Notes under the pieces: model-generated
What the model was told of the DNA's origin: nothing
Database searches by the model: none
What the model saw: the letters and a program-made list of their open reading frames with translations, nothing else
Program-made: the position numbers and the translations under genes
DNA from: an uncultured Gammaproteobacteria bacterium
GTDB taxonomy: Bacteria; Patescibacteriota; Microgenomatia; JAMCZE01
Direction of reading: 5' to 3'
Assembly: GCA_964641255.1 (NCBI GenBank)
Contig: CAZXMM010000001.1
Location: forward strand, 15,757-79,756
DNA length: 64,000 nucleotides
Shown here: positions 17,605 through 25,364 of the stretch, piece by piece
Numbering within the stretch: position 1 is the first letter of the stretch
Layout: each line of letters opens with the position of its first letter

Positions 17605-17859
17605 ATGAAGAGGTATCTCACCGAAAGTGAGACCAACAAAGACCCGCTTCTTAGAACCCTTGCAAATGTGGAGCCGGTGGTGGGATGGATTGTCTACATC
17701 GGGATTGGTATTTATTTCATCCTCACTTGGAATTTCTATGTCACCGCCGTCACTTTCCTCATCTATACGTTTATCATTTCTCCTCTGCTTGTTGAATTTG
17801 TTTTAGACCGTTTGATGATGGCAATCTACTACTTAATTAGGGGGATGCCAAAAATATAA
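17605..17859 (+). CDS. Small membrane protein (element cargo)
   Basis: GGAG RBS, two TM helices. Confidence 0.65.
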   Translation: MKRYLTESETNKDPLLRTLANVEPVVGWIVYIGIGIYFILTWNFYVTAVTFLIYTFIISPLLVEFVLDRLMMAIYYLIRGMPKI

Positions 17860-18479
17860 TGTTTGGCTTTTTTAAATCACCTAAAGACAGCTTTTATGAA
17901 CAATTGAAACGAGCGACGTATGAAGCCGCCATACTGGTCGACAAAAAGGATATAACAGGTAAAGAAAAAAACGTTTTGTACAGTATTATCGCAACCGGAG
18001 GATTATTCCCGACTATTTACTCACAGCCTCTCGATCTTGGTGATGGCAAATTATTAATAAGTGACGCAGATTTTGAATGTACGAGAGACAAAAAGCCCGG
18101 TGCTCTTTTACCAATTTTTTGTGTTTATTGCCTCTTTAACCTAATTGAAGTATCGAAAAACGATAAAGTCTTTGGGGCAAGATTTAACAAAATATTGCCG
18201 GGAGTGAAGACTGTCCTCTCCGAAGTAACGGATCTTGAACCAAAAGGTATTGACACTCTATTAGATCAACTCGAAGAGCGGGAAGGTGAGGATGGCATCG
18301 GGGCCGTTTATCCTCTCATGTACGCCCAGCCATTAGAGCTTATTTTTGGGTCTGACAGAGCAAAATCAATTCTCTTGGAATTATCTAAAAATCCTCTAGG
18401 TTCAACAGGCATTTCCTTGGCAATTCCATCAATGTTCATCGATTTCATCAAGGGTGTAAAGACGGAGCTTGCCGAATAG
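17859..18479 (+). CDS. Hypothetical protein (element cargo)
   Basis: 206-aa ORF, TAATG-coupled. Confidence 0.7.
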   Translation: MFGFFKSPKDSFYEQLKRATYEAAILVDKKDITGKEKNVLYSIIATGGLFPTIYSQPLDLGDGKLLISDADFECTRDKKPGALLPIFCVYCLFNLIEVSKNDKVFGARFNKILPGVKTVLSEVTDLEPKGIDTLLDQLEEREGEDGIGAVYPLMYAQPLELIFGSDRAKSILLELSKNPLGSTGISLAIPSMFIDFIKGVKTELAE

Positions 18480-18574
18480 TTAGTCATGGTCATTCTCTGT
18501 CCAGCTTCGCAGCACTGCTTGTCCCAATAGCCATCCCCCCCCAACTCCCTAAATCTAGTTATAATAATCTCTCT

Positions 18575-19351
18575 ATGAAGTTGGGCGAACTAATCGAAAA
18601 AGTTACAATTCCATCAAAGCCGGTTAGAGTAATTATTCCTGTAAACGGTAAGCACAAGGCACTATTCTTTCTGGGAACAACAGCAGACGGGAGTCTTATG
18701 GTGGATCCTTCAATTGGATGCAGTTTCGATAATTGGCGGTATAGTTTTTGTACCGTTCCCAGGGGAAAAGTGCAAAATATAAGCGTCCCACTAGATCAAA
18801 AATCGATGATAGAATCCGGGAAAATTGGACCTAAAATTACTTATCATAAGAGTGGCTTTGTAAAGGTAGGTAAAACCAAGCTGTTGGAACCAGTTAGTAT
18901 TTGGGCAACCCCCCTGGATATTGCGTTTGGGCACCTGTTTACATATCAGGCTAAGGGTTTCCAGGGATTCAATTCTGTTACTACGCCCAATCCCAAATAC
19001 TCCGACATAATGCCAATAATACCAGCAGGATTAAAAACGCTAAAAATAGTTGCTCATGCGGGGAAATTGGAACACCTTATACCAACAATGGATCAAGTAA
19101 ATATATCGACACTTAGCAGACCAAATAGGATCTTTGAGAAGGACAATGGTAACTTGACAGAGATATCACTTTTCAAAATTAGCATAGCTTCGAGAGATAT
19201 CTGGATAAAATTAACGTATATTCCAAATTTTATCCTGACCCAGAACCCACAACCTAGCATAAATAGTTTGATTGGCTGGGATCAAGATAAAGCCGACGAT
19301 CTCAGAAAACCACTTAAGTTCGTAGCAATAGCAGCGGGGGGCGACTGGTAA
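18575..19351 (+). CDS. Hypothetical protein (element cargo)
   Basis: 258-aa ORF preceded by TATAAT. Confidence 0.75.
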   Translation: MKLGELIEKVTIPSKPVRVIIPVNGKHKALFFLGTTADGSLMVDPSIGCSFDNWRYSFCTVPRGKVQNISVPLDQKSMIESGKIGPKITYHKSGFVKVGKTKLLEPVSIWATPLDIAFGHLFTYQAKGFQGFNSVTTPNPKYSDIMPIIPAGLKTLKIVAHAGKLEHLIPTMDQVNISTLSRPNRIFEKDNGNLTEISLFKISIASRDIWIKLTYIPNFILTQNPQPSINSLIGWDQDKADDLRKPLKFVAIAAGGDW

Positions 19352-19389
19352 TTAATTCCCAAAACTAGATATTGGTATTTCGAGGAACA

Positions 19390-19418
19390 AATTCCTGATT
19401 TCTTCCATTCCCCGCAAC
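19390..19418. repeat. att-like repeat A
   Basis: AATTCCTGATTTCTTCCATTCCCCGCAAC. Confidence 0.9.
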
Positions 19419-19484
19419 ACAAAAATACTTGGAGCATAAAGACGGTCCGTCTTCGTTTCTTCTTCTTAATGCTACAATAGTAAC

Positions 19485-20141
19485 GTGCATACAAGAAAAG
19501 GGAATAGCTTAACTGTTATTCTGTTGGCAATTGCCATATCTTCAGTGGGAATAGTAAGCTACTTTTACTGGAAATCAGAAAATGTCCCCCCCGTCATTCA
19601 AATTCAAGAAAAAATAGTAAATCAAGACAACCCTTCGCAGAATAAATTATCAGAAAACTGGAAATTTCATTTTGACAACCGTCTTGCTTTCCAAGTTAAG
19701 ATTCCTCAAGATGCAGAAACTCAAGTTGTGCCCGCTGGCTTTGACAATGAGATGGGATTTGGTCCCGAGGGAATTTCCAGAATGGAATTCTCCAACAAAG
19801 ACTTTCTAATAAAGGTAGAACCCTCCACAAACAGGAGAAACGACCAAACTTTACAACAACTTGGTGAAACAAGAGAATTTAATGGCCTACCAGGTACTTC
19901 TCACCCAAGTCCTTGTTCAAAAGGTGCAGAGAAAGAAGAAATCCAGTTGCGCAGTGGAACTAAAGCATTTCTATGTGATAGCGTTCTTCCAAGCGGGCGA
20001 AAGTTTGGTATGGCCGCCACGATTTTAGGCAAAAAGTATTTTTACAACATAACAACAGGTAGTATTTATTCTCCAAACTTCACTGATAAAGAACAGGAAA
20101 TTTTTATGGAATTTCTTAACACCTTTCAGCCCACTGATTAG
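19485..20141 (+). CDS. Cassette 1: membrane-anchored exported protein (PsbP-like fold possible)
   Basis: N-terminal RKG+TM; WK.F....F.VKIP and C-terminal FMEFLNTFQ pattern. Confidence 0.65.
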   Translation: MHTRKGNSLTVILLAIAISSVGIVSYFYWKSENVPPVIQIQEKIVNQDNPSQNKLSENWKFHFDNRLAFQVKIPQDAETQVVPAGFDNEMGFGPEGISRMEFSNKDFLIKVEPSTNRRNDQTLQQLGETREFNGLPGTSHPSPCSKGAEKEEIQLRSGTKAFLCDSVLPSGRKFGMAATILGKKYFYNITTGSIYSPNFTDKEQEIFMEFLNTFQPTD

Positions 20142-20160
20142 TATGAGAGTTTTAGAAACC

Positions 20161-20189
20161 AATTTCTGATTTCTTCCACTCCCCGCAAC
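20161..20189. repeat. att-like repeat B
   Basis: AATTTCTGATTTCTTCCACTCCCCGCAAC. Confidence 0.9.
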
Positions 20190-20251
20190 AAGGAAATTCA
20201 AGCCGTATCAACGGCCTGTTTTATTTTTTCTGCCATGATACTATTATTTAC

Positions 20252-20497
20252 ATGAGTCTCTTTAAGAAAATCCTCCGTGTCATTACCATAGTGGTAGTAG
20301 CGTTTCTGCTAATAGGAGTTGCTTATTGGGGATTTAAAAGTGTTTTAGCAAGAGTTGCCCCAGAAAATAGCTTGGTTGATTGTCACTATTTTGATAATGA
20401 CTATGATGCGTGTAGTAAGCGACCAGACTGTTTACCAATCACAATTGGGGGAATTGGTAGCAGCCCAGCAGTTCATAGTTGTCAAACAAAGAAATAA
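20252..20497 (+). CDS. Cassette 2: small TM-anchored Cys-rich protein
   Basis: One TM, four Cys; stop codon overlaps repeat C. Confidence 0.7.
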   Translation: MSLFKKILRVITIVVVAFLLIGVAYWGFKSVLARVAPENSLVDCHYFDNDYDACSKRPDCLPITIGGIGSSPAVHSCQTKK

Positions 20498-20524
20498 TTT
20501 CTGATTTCTTTCACTTTTCGCAAC
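20496..20524. repeat. att-like repeat C
   Basis: AATTTCTGATTTCTTTCACTTTTCGCAAC. Confidence 0.85.
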
Positions 20525-20653
20525 CAAAAAATCAGGAGCGTGTAAACAGTCCGTTCGGTTATCCAAGATTATTGCTTCACATTTGTTTATTTCTAAACAA
20601 ACCTCGGACCAAACATTTGATACAATTGTGTTAGATAGTCTTGCGCTAAATAC

Positions 20654-21007
20654 ATGAGAAATAAAAAACTTGCAATCACTACCATAATAGTGGGAGGAAT
20701 AGAAGGTTTACTTGCGCTCTTCCTTTCCTCTTCTTTCCTACCAAAAATCATGCAAGTATACGAAGATTTTGGTGTGAATATCCCAATAACTACCAGCCTT
20801 ACCCCCTATATTTTTATATCCCCCGCCTTATTAAGCCTGATTGTGGGGACCTTAATTTTGACTTCCAAAAACAATAGCAAACGCTACAATTCCTGGGCAA
20901 TAATAATCCTGATAGCAACTCTAATTTTTATTTTTCTGGGTTTGCCCCTACTCTTCTCTGTAGGGTTCCTTTTTCCCATGTTCAACTTAGTAAACGTCAT
21001 AGAATAA
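20654..21007 (+). CDS. Cassette 3: three-TM protein resembling the membrane part of PilC/GspF
   Basis: LPKIMQVYEDFGVNIPITT and C-terminal FPMFNLV resemble GspF/PilC segments. Confidence 0.55.
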   Translation: MRNKKLAITTIIVGGIEGLLALFLSSSFLPKIMQVYEDFGVNIPITTSLTPYIFISPALLSLIVGTLILTSKNNSKRYNSWAIIILIATLIFIFLGLPLLFSVGFLFPMFNLVNVIE

Positions 21008-21047
21008 GTTCCCAAAGCATGAGAAATTCACTGCGAAAATCTACAAT

Positions 21048-21075
21048 AATTTCTGATTTTTTCTATTCCCGCAAC
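21048..21075. repeat. att-like repeat D (outer boundary, followed by CA completing CCA)
   Basis: AATTTCTGATTTTTTCTATTCCCGCAAC-CA. Confidence 0.85.
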
Positions 21076-21098
21076 CAAAAAAAAGGGGGGCGACTTCT

Positions 21099-22721
21099 CT
21101 ATTCACACACTAAGTTTTTAGCATCAGCCTCTCCCAGATAAGCCATTATCTTGCCGTCACTTTGTAACACAGTATCAGTCACTTTAAGGCAGGGATACTT
21201 TTCGTCAACATCCCAAACATAAAGAGTTCCCACTTGGAGCTGACGCTCATCGATGTGGTCGAATCGGTAGGTCTCAAGAAGGTTGCCTCCAAAAGCATGA
21301 GCTCCATTCCGGGTTCCTCCTGAGGCCAAATATTTTTCCGGAGAATAGGCCGTATAAAAAAGTGTGTAAATGAGTGGTTCGTTAAGTCCCGGAGACACAA
21401 CCACAAAAGAATAGTTAGTCTTTTCTTGCTCCATTTTTTGCACTAGCTCTTTCATCCCGCTCCCCCAGATTTTGACTGCCGTAGTCGGTCCATGGAAAAA
21501 ATAGTTGTGGATGTACCAAAAACAACTAAGAACTAGTATCCCCCAAATAAGTACCCCTCCCCACTGTCTATAGCGCCAAGACTGTTGACACCACGAAAGG
21601 CACACCAAAACTCCGTAGCCGGCAAAGACTACTAAAGGAAAAGCCGCTAACAGAATGCGGCGATCAAAAACCGGTAGCGCGGTTAGGGCTCCAGGGATTA
21701 GGGCTACTACTAACCAGCCAAAAAGAAGCAAAAACTCTCTCTTTTGTCGACTCAAAGCAACTCCCCCGATGATGATCAGTGGGGCCATCCATAGATACAG
21801 CAATCTAACTTGGGGAATTTGATTATAAATACTTTGGCCAAAAAGGATGTCTGGACTTGATATTTTTAAAAATCCATTAATTACCGACTCGGCGGTAACA
21901 ATGCGCCGGTTGTGGAGTAGCCCTTGCAACAGATCGCCATTTTGTCGATCAAACTGCAGGGTAGCTAGTCCACTAAGCGCCGCCTGTTGATCAAAAAAAA
22001 TACTGACAGTGTAGGGTCGAGACGCCGCTTCATTTGTCCAAAGAGTTGAGAGTAAAAAGGGTAACGTACACACTGCCAATAAGCAGCTACTGATACTTAG
22101 GTGTTTCCAAAAAGCGAAACGCCAGACAAAAATGGTAAGAATGAGCCAGATGATTGGTACCCAAACTTTACTGGAATGGTAAGTGTAGAAATCCACTCCA
22201 AAAACGCCGGCCGCCAGAATAAAAAACAAGGGCTTTTTCCTCCCTAGTAAAAATAGCCAGACACCAAGAAGTGATAAGGAATAGGCCAGTCCAATTTCAA
22301 TTCCCACCCGAGAGTATTGCACTAGCCAAGGTAGAGCAGCCGTTAAAAAACCCACCAGCAGGGCCAGGCGTTTTCGTCTAAATAGTTCAAAACAAATACC
22401 TACACTTAAACCGATCGCAAGGACTCCAGCTAAAAGTGAAGGCAGTCTAACTGCCCACTCAGAAAGTCCCGCGACATAAACGAAAGGAATAAGGAGATAA
22501 ACGTAGATTGGATTTTTATAATCATCAAAAGAACGAAAGGCTAAGGGATAGGCTTGCCCAAACTCATCGCGACCGGTTTTTAAGAGCGAGTAAGCGTTGT
22601 AGCCTAGGGCCGCTTCGTCGGCACTGATACTGTTGGGTATCTTGGCTAAATTGTAGAGCCGCAGCAGTAAACCCAAAAAAAGAATCAATGAAAAAATTAT
22701 GGCGATAAGTCGATATTTCAT
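21099..22721 (-). CDS. GT-C fold glycosyltransferase (GT39/ArnT-like)
   Basis: DEAALGYNAYSLLKTGRDEFG, VRLPS, many TMs. Confidence 0.88.
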   Translation of the reverse strand: MKYRLIAIIFSLILFLGLLLRLYNLAKIPNSISADEAALGYNAYSLLKTGRDEFGQAYPLAFRSFDDYKNPIYVYLLIPFVYVAGLSEWAVRLPSLLAGVLAIGLSVGICFELFRRKRLALLVGFLTAALPWLVQYSRVGIEIGLAYSLSLLGVWLFLLGRKKPLFFILAAGVFGVDFYTYHSSKVWVPIIWLILTIFVWRFAFWKHLSISSCLLAVCTLPFLLSTLWTNEAASRPYTVSIFFDQQAALSGLATLQFDRQNGDLLQGLLHNRRIVTAESVINGFLKISSPDILFGQSIYNQIPQVRLLYLWMAPLIIIGGVALSRQKREFLLLFGWLVVALIPGALTALPVFDRRILLAAFPLVVFAGYGVLVCLSWCQQSWRYRQWGGVLIWGILVLSCFWYIHNYFFHGPTTAVKIWGSGMKELVQKMEQEKTNYSFVVVSPGLNEPLIYTLFYTAYSPEKYLASGGTRNGAHAFGGNLLETYRFDHIDERQLQVGTLYVWDVDEKYPCLKVTDTVLQSDGKIMAYLGEADAKNLVCE

Positions 22722-22790
22722 CCTTTGAACTTATCGCAAATTATCTTTTTTTGCTACAATGAGGCACAAAGTAAGATTAGTCTGGAACAC

Positions 22791-22863
22791 GCCAGGGTAG
22801 CTCAGTGGTAGATGCGTGCGCTTCATAAGCGCAAGGTCGAGGGTCCGATCCCCTCCCCTGGTA
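22791..22863 (+). tRNA. tRNA-Met(CAU), probably elongator
   Basis: GCCAGGG/CCCTGGT+A; TGCGC-TTCATAA-GCGCA; GAGGG-TCCGATC-CCCTC. Confidence 0.85.
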
Positions 22864-23205
22864 CTAAAAGAAAAGGTCTCGCCATTTTTGCCAGTTGGGC
22901 ACCATTGGTGGTGATACTTCCAAAGGAGGCAGCAAGAGCTCGTCAGGAACGATAATTATTTTTTCCCCTGCCCGAGCCAGCCCCAGTTCGTTTCTAGCTA
23001 CTAACTCCACGTAAGCCTCTGACCCTACCTGTTCCTTGCGTTTTATTAGTTCCTGCTGTTGTTTTTGGAGATTTGCCAACCGCTTCTGGCGCTCGATTAA
23101 TTTGTCCCCCGCGCTCCAAAAATCACCAAACGCCCGCACCGTAGTAAAGATCAGGTAAAACCCGATAACTATTACTACGATTCGTAAAATTCGGGACCGA
23201 TTCAT
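22864..23205 (-). CDS. Septum formation initiator (FtsB/DivIC family)
   Basis: TM plus coiled coil plus VELVARNELGLARAGE. Confidence 0.85.
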   Translation of the reverse strand: MNRSRILRIVVIVIGFYLIFTTVRAFGDFWSAGDKLIERQKRLANLQKQQQELIKRKEQVGSEAYVELVARNELGLARAGEKIIIVPDELLLPPLEVSPPMVPNWQKWRDLFF

Positions 23206-23267
23206 AGTTTTAGCCTCTTCTATGCTTGTGCTTCGTCCTTTCTGGTGGTATTATAGGTTGATAACTT

Positions 23268-24113
23268 ATGGACGATAGTCTTACTCAGTTTGTAGATTAC
23301 CTCAAATCCGCGAAAAAAGCTTCTGCCACCATTATCGCGTATAAAAAGGATATCGACCAGCTTCTCGACTTTGTCAAAAAGCAAGGGCGTAGTACGATTG
23401 GTTCCGTAACCACTGAGGATTTAAATAGCTTTCTAGGGGTACTTCAGGCACAAAATTATACCCCCAAGTCGGTATCTCGCAAGATCAATTCGATTAAGAC
23501 CTTTTACCGTTTTCTTAGCCAAAACAAGCTCATTACTAACAACGTCGCCGCAGCTATTAACCACCCGAAGTTTGACACCAAGGCTCCGCGGATTCTCTCG
23601 CGGCTCGAATACCGCGCCCTGCGTGATGCCTCCCGAGACGATAGTCGCATCGCGGCCATCATCGAGCTCCTACTGCAAACTGGAATGCGAATTGGGGAAT
23701 TAGCAGCCCTGCGAGTAGGCTCGATTGGTGATCACTTTTTAAAGATCCCGCCAGTTGAGGGTCACGCCGAACGTGACGTTCCTCTCAACAAATCCGCCAA
23801 ACTGGCCCTAGATCGCTACCTCGCCTTACGACCCAACGTCGACTCTAACGCTCTCTTTATCACTAAAACCGGCCGCCCATTGTTAATTAGAAACATTCGC
23901 ACTGCTATCGACCGCTACTTTAAACTAGCGGGCATTGCCGGAGCTAAGGTCAACGATCTTAGGCACACCTTTATTGCCCACCACCTGGCGGCAGGCACCT
24001 CCCCAGTGCTCATTAGTAAGTTGGTTGGACACAAAAGAATCAGTACTACTGAAAAATATCTTGAGTTTATCAAGGACCTCCCCACGGAAAAAATGAAGCT
24101 GGAAGAGCTTTAA
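23268..24113 (+). CDS. XerC/D-like tyrosine recombinase
   Basis: SAM-like N domain, TGMRIGEL, DLRHTF, LVGHKRISTTEKY. Confidence 0.9.
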   Translation: MDDSLTQFVDYLKSAKKASATIIAYKKDIDQLLDFVKKQGRSTIGSVTTEDLNSFLGVLQAQNYTPKSVSRKINSIKTFYRFLSQNKLITNNVAAAINHPKFDTKAPRILSRLEYRALRDASRDDSRIAAIIELLLQTGMRIGELAALRVGSIGDHFLKIPPVEGHAERDVPLNKSAKLALDRYLALRPNVDSNALFITKTGRPLLIRNIRTAIDRYFKLAGIAGAKVNDLRHTFIAHHLAAGTSPVLISKLVGHKRISTTEKYLEFIKDLPTEKMKLEEL

Positions 24114-25174
24114 CTAGATTGTCGCCGTTTTAGATTAAAAATATATCGTCCAACCACATACAATAGTACCCCAGCAACTACAAATCTCATAAGTTCTGAC
24201 GACCAAGCTTTATCCGCTTCCCGCCTCAACCAGTCCCCACCGGCTTTATAAGTAGCCTCTAAGCCCTTCAAGATCGCCGCTCCCCAGGGGTGCGACCGAA
24301 CACTATCAACTACCCCCGACTGAGATGCCTGACTCTCTCTAGCCTGGGGTGAAGGCGTAGAGCTTCTGGTCGCAGTCACCGTAGAAACCCGAGTAGAAGT
24401 CCTGGTCGGTCTATTAGGAACCTGGCTGGCTGCCTCGGCCCGAGCAGTGGCACCGATTCCCCTGGCTTCCTGCGTGGCTCTCCCACTTGCAGCGGTCTGA
24501 GTAGCTCTTATCCTAGCCACTTGTAGATCTATTACAGCACGGGCTAGCTCCCCCGAATCAGGACTAACCCCTTCTACCTTCCCAAAACAAAGCTTGTAGT
24601 CTCGTAGCGCTAAACTTCCAGCTACTTGTTCGGTAGCTCCCACTGAAGAGACTGTGTGGCTAGTCAGCAGCGAAGGACTAGGGTGTCTGCTATCACCCCA
24701 CCCTCGCGGCATCTCGAGATTGGTTATTTCCAACCACCCCTTAGGACCACCAGGAGGGAGGTTTGTCCTGTCAAGCCGTTGAGCATACTTTAAAACCACC
24801 CCAGGGTTAGTAATTACGAGGTTTCCCCGTCCATCAAGCTGGGTAGTTGACCCAACTAACATGAGGTGGCCACTAACAACTGTTCCATCAAGCCAGCGTG
24901 TGGCAGTACCCCGAGCAAAAACTCTGGGCACCCCTTGGACTAGCTCGGCTGATAGTGGTCGTTGACCGTCGCCCAATGTTCGTCCCGCTGGTCGCCCCCT
25001 GACGCACCGCTCTAGTGGAATAGTAGTGCCAGGGGCAGCTGACGAAGGGATTGGATTCGTTTCTTTTAAGGAAGGAGCCGGGGCACAACTAGCAAAAGCT
25101 AATAATATAGTAGTGCCAACTAACCCAGCCCTCATTACTTTTTTCAAGCGAAACTGTTCTGTATTTCTTCCCAT
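24110..25174 (-). CDS. Hypothetical lipoprotein-like protein with S/T-rich linker and C-terminal TM
   Basis: LAFASC lipobox-like motif; ATAT-rich region. Confidence 0.6.
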   Translation of the reverse strand: MGRNTEQFRLKKVMRAGLVGTTILLAFASCAPAPSLKETNPIPSSAAPGTTIPLERCVRGRPAGRTLGDGQRPLSAELVQGVPRVFARGTATRWLDGTVVSGHLMLVGSTTQLDGRGNLVITNPGVVLKYAQRLDRTNLPPGGPKGWLEITNLEMPRGWGDSRHPSPSLLTSHTVSSVGATEQVAGSLALRDYKLCFGKVEGVSPDSGELARAVIDLQVARIRATQTAASGRATQEARGIGATARAEAASQVPNRPTRTSTRVSTVTATRSSTPSPQARESQASQSGVVDSVRSHPWGAAILKGLEATYKAGGDWLRREADKAWSSELMRFVVAGVLLYVVGRYIFNLKRRQSS

Positions 25175-25280
25175 TGGGGCCAGATTATACCGCCGGCACA
25201 ATATAAAGGCAAAATAAAACACGTGGCTAGCTGGGCAAATTTCGGTGACCAGGGAAATAAATTGCTATAATTTAGCATCA

Positions 25281-25352
25281 GGATCCGTCGTTCAACGGTT
25301 AGGACATGACTCTTATAAAGTCATTACAATGGTTCGACTCCATTCGGATCCA
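25281..25352 (+). tRNA. tRNA-Ile(UAU)
   Basis: GGATCCG/CGGATCC+A; TGACT-CTTATAA-AGTCA; AATGG-TTCGACT-CCATT; TATAAT upstream. Confidence 0.88.
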
Positions 25353-25364
25353 CTAGATTTGGGG

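Larger units (their letters stand above)
14005..19418. mobile_element. ~5.4-kb integrative element in the tRNA-Met 3' end
   Basis: Bounded by direct repeat CCCCGCAAC (14005-14013 and 19410-19418); carries recombinase, Rep-like, excisionase-like HTH, XRE regulator and cargo. Confidence 0.85.
19390..21075. mobile_element. Array of three single-gene cassettes delimited by att-like repeats
   Basis: Repeats A-D spaced 771, 335 and ~551 bp; each interval holds one co-oriented ORF with its own TGn-TA(C)xAT -10 element. Confidence 0.75.

Noticed and set aside
18531-18545. CCATCCCCCCCCAAC as a fifth att repeat before the 18575 gene
   Set aside because: Only loose similarity to the core; the left arm TGATTTC is absent.
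19390-21075. Repeats as a CRISPR array
   Set aside because: Intervals are 300-750 bp and contain whole genes; repeats diverge; no cas genes.
19390-21075. Repeats as classical integron attC sites
   Set aside because: No RYYYAAC...GTTRRRY long hairpin and no IntI; the core instead matches the tRNA end.
22791-25352. Island between tRNA-Met and tRNA-Ile mobilised by the Xer-like gene
   Set aside because: No duplicated tRNA end seen, and the interval includes the core ftsB-like gene.
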